Shown: positions 45,780-51,000 of the stretch, piece by piece
Layout: each line of letters begins with the position of its first letter
How positions within the stretch are numbered: the first letter of the stretch is position 1
From: Perkinsela sp. CCAP 1560/9
Taxonomy: Eukaryota; Protista; Euglenozoa: Kinetoplastea
Direction of reading: 5' to 3'
Assembly (NCBI GenBank): GCA_965644495.1
Contig: CBFFSA010000057.1
Span: 1-51,000, forward strand
DNA length: 51,000 nucleotides
Made by a program: the position numbers and the translations under genes
The notes under the pieces: generated by a model
The model's input: the letters and a program-made list of their open reading frames with translations, nothing else
Database searches by the model: none
What the model was told of the DNA's origin: nothing

Positions 45780-46134
45780 AATGATCCGTAGGGTATTTCA
45801 AAGAGTGCTCATCGAAATTGCCCTCCAGCCGAGAGCTTCTTTTAGGAGAAATACTCTTAATTGTACTCTTAATTGGACTTTGTCGTTCAAAATGACAATG
45901 TTTGTGGCTTAACGTGTCTGAAATGCCATTAGAGTGGGTAAAATATGCTGTATAAGTTTATCTTGGCAAAGCCCTTGGCTTGACCCATTTCTTGAGAGCG
46001 AAAATTTCAGGGTATCTTCAACTTTTATGATAAGACACTAAAACCAAGGATGAAAATCATCGATGAATTGACGCATTGCTGGCTACTCATACTGATTCTA
46101 GGAAGTTGAGCACTCATATCCTGAAGAATCTTCC

Positions 46135-46731
46135 CTAAGTATCTTCCTTAAAGTGTCTTAGTTCACAATTTGGTATTTCTTTGAGTGCTCCGGAGTACAA
46201 ATTTAGCATTCGAATTCGATGCTCGAAGTAGTCTATGGCCTGTTTGCTGGGAAGAGTAAGAAAGGCGTGGGCAGATAAAATAATAAATAATATCCAGGAA
46301 AAAAGAATAATTTTTTTGAAACCACATAGCCACATGGCCCAAAGCGCAAGCAAAGTTTGTGATATGTATAATCCTACAGAAAGAAATTCAGATTTTATCC
46401 GTAGATTTCCGTACATAATTCGCATGCGATGCCTCGCGAAAAGCACAAGGAGGGGGAAGAAAAAACGGGGATAAATGCAACTGTACCCCAGCCACATCGC
46501 AAGTGCTATATTAAAGTAATTGCGCATAAAATGTCCCCAGTTGATAACATAATATGCAGCATGGCATCCCGATGGGGGGATGCATGGAGGGTGCAGTAAT
46601 GATTTCCACGATCTTATCTCGCTGCTTTTAAAGTGAAAAACAAAATTTATCGCAATAAAAACAAAATCAAGTGTCGACTGCCCCAGCATACATGAAACTA
46701 AATTAACTAAGTATTCTAATTTGTCTATCAT
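46135..46731 (-). CDS. Hypothetical multi-pass membrane protein
   Basis: Several hydrophobic segments; lies on the gene-array strand; start uncertain. Confidence 0.5.
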   Translation of the reverse strand: MIDKLEYLVNLVSCMLGQSTLDFVFIAINFVFHFKSSEIRSWKSLLHPPCIPPSGCHAAYYVINWGHFMRNYFNIALAMWLGYSCIYPRFFFPLLVLFARHRMRIMYGNLRIKSEFLSVGLYISQTLLALWAMWLCGFKKIILFSWILFIILSAHAFLTLPSKQAIDYFEHRIRMLNLYSGALKEIPNCELRHFKEDT

Positions 46732-47319
46732 TCTTATCACAATATTCCTTAAAGCAGTACTATATTTGCGGCTCGCGAGATGCAAAGGAAGTTTGAAAAA
46801 GAACTTAAAAATCCTACTAAAAAGTCAAACTAAAGAGCATACGATCAGTTAATTTGACTCAAAACAGAAATCATTTTTTTAATCATGCGAAAATTGAAAA
46901 CATCATGTAAGAACAGAATGCCCATTCGAAGACGTTCGCACACGCGATGCTACATAGCATGCTAACCTGTTGTCTTGGCTAAGGAAGAATGAAAGTGAAC
47001 TAAAGATTGAAAGTTAACAGACTTTTCTTAATACACGTTCTTAGTACACGTGAGGGGCTGCGTGTATCATCTCGCGTGATCTTGTTTTGCCATAGCAGTT
47101 TTGACACAGTAAGCGAAAAAAACAATAAAACATAGTGTCAGTTTTCTCTTTCACAACGTTTGTATAAAAGCATACACGTTTTATATAAATTTTATATAAT
47201 ATTTTATAACGTGTGTATACACGTTATATAACGTGCATATACACGTTTTTTGATTATTATTATTATTGGTTTTCATTCGATTATCTATCTTTCATTCGAT
47301 TATCTATTGCATTTCTTCA

Positions 47320-47903
47320 ATGGAGTCGAACGCTGAGGTGAAAGACCGAATCCAAAGTTCCATTGAGTCCTCTTTGTCCTCGGATCATACTCTTCACGAC
47401 CTCGTCGTTCTCACCACGAAGAAAAGCTTTACTACAAGTGTAGAAGGCCCAACGTGTTTACCAAACCACGTTTGGAAATCTTAACTGAGGATCTGGAAGG
47501 AAAGGTTGTAGAGACAATGGAGTGAATTACCCGTACGATGGATACGTTTGTCCACTGCGGGCGTTCCATTTGCGGTGTGACGCTTTCGTGCTCGCTCATG
47601 GAACGAGTAATTTGTTTCCTAATTGAGCATCAAGAGCATCTGCTCTTAGACGTGGGGCCCCGTGGTGTTTACTTCTTGGAGCAAGCCACTCAAGACTTGG
47701 AATCCTTTCTTGAGAAGAACCCTCTGTATGCCCCGCAGCGAAAAGAAGTAAGTGACGTTTTGCTCCGAGTATGGAGATCACTTACTGGAAGTCCCTCACG
47801 GGCCTGCCGTGCGTGGCGTAAACGTGCAAAAGTTACAGTAATCCTACTACAGAGACAGATGCTGATACTTCCCAGGATATCAGTGAAGCTAGTGTCCACC
47901 TAG
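47320..47903 (+). pseudogene. Degenerate homolog of 42770..43573
   Basis: GRSICGVTL...EHQEHLLL and LESFLEK...YAP...RVWRSLTG match CRSLCEVTI...KHRENGLL and LCQYLEK...YEP...SLWKSISG. Confidence 0.55.
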
Positions 47904-48177
47904 TGGAAGCCTAGTGAAAAAATAATCAGATTTCCTGATTTATGAAGTAGCAGAAGGATAGAAGTTGAAAATTAAGATAGAGTTGAAAATTATGAGTAAA
48001 AGTCATTGTGGAGTGTTATCTTTCGTTAATTCTTCCTTTTTATTTTTGTCATCTTCCGTCGTTAATTGACCACTATCATTGTTTGTAGCTCCTTCTTTTC
48101 TTGATCTTGTTTATTGCGCAATGTATGGTGTCACACACGACCAGGTGAATCAGTTTTTCAATGAGCTAAAAAGGGTA

Positions 48178-48473
48178 CACCCCCTCTAATTAATAATGAT
48201 AATGATAATAAGAATATTTTTTCTGAGATTATCATTATCACTATCATTATTTATGAAAGCAATAAGGGGTGATCAGAAACAAACATACATCTGTGTAGTA
48301 TGATTCTTTGTCTACGAAGGGAAAAAACAAGACAAGATTAAAGAGATGACGGAAGAAACCTCGAGGTGACATGGAGTAACGATGGAATGAAATGTTTTTG
48401 ATAATTTTTGAGTAATTTTCACAGTCCGAGGTGAAAATCTTTTTTCAATTATCATTATTAATGAAAGGGGGTG
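48178..48473. mobile_element. 296-bp MITE, TA TSD
   Basis: TA|CACCCCCTCTAATTATAATGATAAT...ATTATCATTATTAATGAAAGGGGGTG|TA. Confidence 0.8.
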
Positions 48474-49329
48474 TACATGGGAATGAAGTTTCGGACACTG
48501 ACCTCAGGAGGCTTGTAAGTCTTCTTTGTATTTGTGTTCTTTAAATTGTACTTGGGAGCAGTTGTTCGAACTACAAGGTCTGTGGACCCTATCGGATACA
48601 CGTGTTTCAATTCGCACTCTGCGAGAGGACTTCACCCGAGTGGCAATGAAGATGTGAAAGTCTGCTGAAACCTTGCAAAGCTCCGTTAAAACTCGCTGAA
48701 CCACTGCATCAGTCTAACGTGACCGAAATCGGTTCTTCACGAAGTCAATATACAGTGTATTCGCGCGCGGTTAGCTCACGTACAGAAACGTGTCCAACAA
48801 AAACCATTTTCGAGATGAGCTCTGTGTGGGGCATGATCAACTAGAGGTACAACAGGGAAAGAATAGCACAGAAGGCGTTGAGATTGTAACACTTAATTTT
48901 GTCAATCTCAAAAGAATTAAACAGGAGATAGGTAATGAATAATGCTGATTTCGAAGCGGCCATTATTTTGTGCACATAAACGTCGGAAATAGGTCGTCGT
49001 TTCCGGGTAATGAGCAATAAATAAATATTAAAGAAATATTTCCTTTCAAGCAAATTACTTTTCTATAAGCAGAACGTACTCGAAATAGTAATACTTATTG
49101 AATTCTAGAAAAACGGTTGTATTTCAAGATTCCAGCATAAACGTGTATACAATATACGTCATATTAACGATCCACATTTGCTTTAATTGGACGCATAAAA
49201 ACGCGCGCATCGCCAAAGAGTCCAAGAACACTTTGGCAAAAGAAGTGTCATAAGATTTACAGGATATATAGAAGTCTACTTCTTATAGACATTGATTCGG
49301 AATTCGCACAAAAACTTCCTCATTATTAT

Positions 49330-51000
49330 TTACTCTTCTTTAGAATGTAACGGAACTCCACTCAATTTCCTACGTGTCACACCTTGAGGTACCGAGAAGT
49401 CTGCCTCAGCGGAATTCGCCGCCGGGTGAACGACTAACCGCTTCGGGGAGGATCCACTTTCCATCTCCTCACTGTTCTTCCCCTCCTCTCCCCACTGCTG
49501 TGTCTCGGCATTCGACTCCACTGGACCAAGAAACGGGTCCTCCTCCTCCTCCTCCTTCCCCCTCAACTGCATCGACGACCCTTCCCCAGGACCTGACGTT
49601 GTCTCCCACCCCTCTTCCCACAGCGAGGTCCCGCCGGACTCCTCCGGCTCCCTGGATGATCCGAGGGCACTGCATGTGCTGGTCTCATCCCACTCACTCC
49701 CGTCTGCTGTTGCTGTGTGATTCTGCTGCTCTCGAAGTATGGGCTCCTCCTCGTACGACCCGACACGGAATCGGGAGGGGGTGAGATGAATCGGCTGGGG
49801 TGGGGGCGCGGGAGGTGCGGAGAGGTGAGAGGACGAGGGCGTCGGGGAGGCATGGGAGAGCGTACGGCCGCGGAGACGAGAGCGCGACCGGGACCGACAC
49901 CCGCCGGTACCGCTGCCAAACATCGACCGTTTCGCCTCCTCCTCACGCCGGGAGAGCACGGCACGGCCAAAGGCTTTGTTAAGTGCCTTAGTGTAGATTT
50001 TTGACCCTTTGCGGGATCCGGCGCAGAAGTAGACCGCGTGGGCCCCGAATGGCTGGTTGAGACGGTGAATCATAAGATCGGGGGCTCGTAAGAGGGTGTC
50101 TATGAGGGCTTTGGTGTTGTACTGTGCTATGGCTTTGGTGCAGTAAGTTTGGTTGTTCCATTGACCCTCTGGGAGTCGTTTCAGATGGTAGTACAGGACG
50201 TGGCGAACAAAGTCGTGCGTGAGTTCATCGACGGGGATGCGTAAGGAGTAACACGGACTGCGCTGAAACTCATCAAAGAGTCGGTAGTACAAATTTGATA
50301 AGGTCTCTGTCAACTGCTCTTCCGTGGAATAGATGTACTGCTTGAAGCGAGGAAGAAGTACCCGAATACGACAACTGCCGTCAGATTCTACGGTAAAAGG
50401 ATCCACTTCGAACTGTGAGGTACCGGAACTCAAAATAAACGCCGCTGGACGAGCTCGAGCACCTTTTATGTACGATCCCTTATTCACGATTTCTTCAACC
50501 TCAGTAGAAATCACGCTTTCAACGCGATTCGCAGTTCGTACTTCCTTGTCTTGAGCGCTATACTTGGCTGAAATAAATAATGATTGCAGCTGCTGCAGAT
50601 CATTCCCGGAAGTAATGTACAAGGATGGACGCTGTAACGCCACTGACATGCGAGTTCGGGACAAAAATTGCCGCAATTGAACGTACAAATCGTGCTGTGG
50701 AATGTAGAGTCGCAGTGCCATTTGTAATAAACTACGTCCTCCATCATACAAAAATTGAGAATGGGTAGATGAACGCTTTATTTGAAACCTGGAATCTGAG
50801 CCCACGGTTTCATTGCTTGGAATTTCCGGGCAGGATGCTGCGCTCTTGGGATCAGAAAATTCTTCCATGGCTTGCTCTTGTTGCAAAACTTCATCAATGG
50901 CTTGTAGAATGGCCGGAGCCGTGAGATGCATAATGGAGGAGGCTAAGGGGTTTTTGGCCCATTCAAGCATCTCTTCGTATAAAAAGGGCTTCATAAGAAA
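49330..51000 (-). CDS. Paralog of the TBC protein C-terminal region (5' end probably outside the window)
   Basis: IRVLLPRFKQYIYSTEEQLTETL...LRIP..ELTH...APD.M..RL...MFG matches 35430..39860. Confidence 0.8.
   Translation of the reverse strand, partial: FLMKPFLYEEMLEWAKNPLASSIMHLTAPAILQAIDEVLQQEQAMEEFSDPKSAASCPEIPSNETVGSDSRFQIKRSSTHSQFLYDGGRSLLQMALRLYIPQHDLYVQLRQFLSRTRMSVALQRPSLYITSGNDLQQLQSLFISAKYSAQDKEVRTANRVESVISTEVEEIVNKGSYIKGARARPAAFILSSGTSQFEVDPFTVESDGSCRIRVLLPRFKQYIYSTEEQLTETLSNLYYRLFDEFQRSPCYSLRIPVDELTHDFVRHVLYYHLKRLPEGQWNNQTYCTKAIAQYNTKALIDTLLRAPDLMIHRLNQPFGAHAVYFCAGSRKGSKIYTKALNKAFGRAVLSRREEEAKRSMFGSGTGGCRSRSRSRLRGRTLSHASPTPSSSHLSAPPAPPPQPIHLTPSRFRVGSYEEEPILREQQNHTATADGSEWDETSTCSALGSSREPEESGGTSLWEEGWETTSGPGEGSSMQLRGKEEEEEDPFLGPVESNAETQQWGEEGKNSEEMESGSSPKRLVVHPAANSAEADFSVPQGVTRRKLSGVPLHSKEE

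Noticed and set aside
1-51000. Fanzor/TnpB nuclease, tRNA or rRNA genes
   Set aside because: No RuvC motif set next to the Tc1/IS630 elements and no recognisable tRNA or rRNA seen by eye.

Overview
Eukaryotic DNA with no visible introns, and all host genes lie on the minus strand. The HSP70 N-terminus ([26 protein letters not shown]) and the unidirectional gene array point to a kinetoplastid. The short LRR family suggests a Perkinsela-like prokinetoplastid (inference). Host genes are HSP70, an RRM/RS protein, two LRR proteins, a NAA50-like acetyltransferase, a TBC RabGAP plus a paralog of its C-terminal half, FCF1 and several hypotheticals. They are separated by three transposon islands (~5.8-10.3 kb, 11.4-32.5 kb, 41.0-48.5 kb). 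The 21-kb central island resolves, from matching TIRs, TSDs and rejoined reading frames, into one pogo-like element carrying a 9-level nest of DNA transposons. The best candidate for a new system is a hAT-like family with three complete elements and orphan ends. It has CATA...TATG termini, 6-bp TSDs and a transposase in which Asp replaces the third catalytic Glu (CDSxLS, a D-D-D triad). Merlin, Tc1, pogo, GAG...CTC elements, many MITEs, a foldback Tc1, a CRE/SLACS-like retroposon relic and an orphan ORF family are also present. All assignments were read by eye from motifs; no database search was run.
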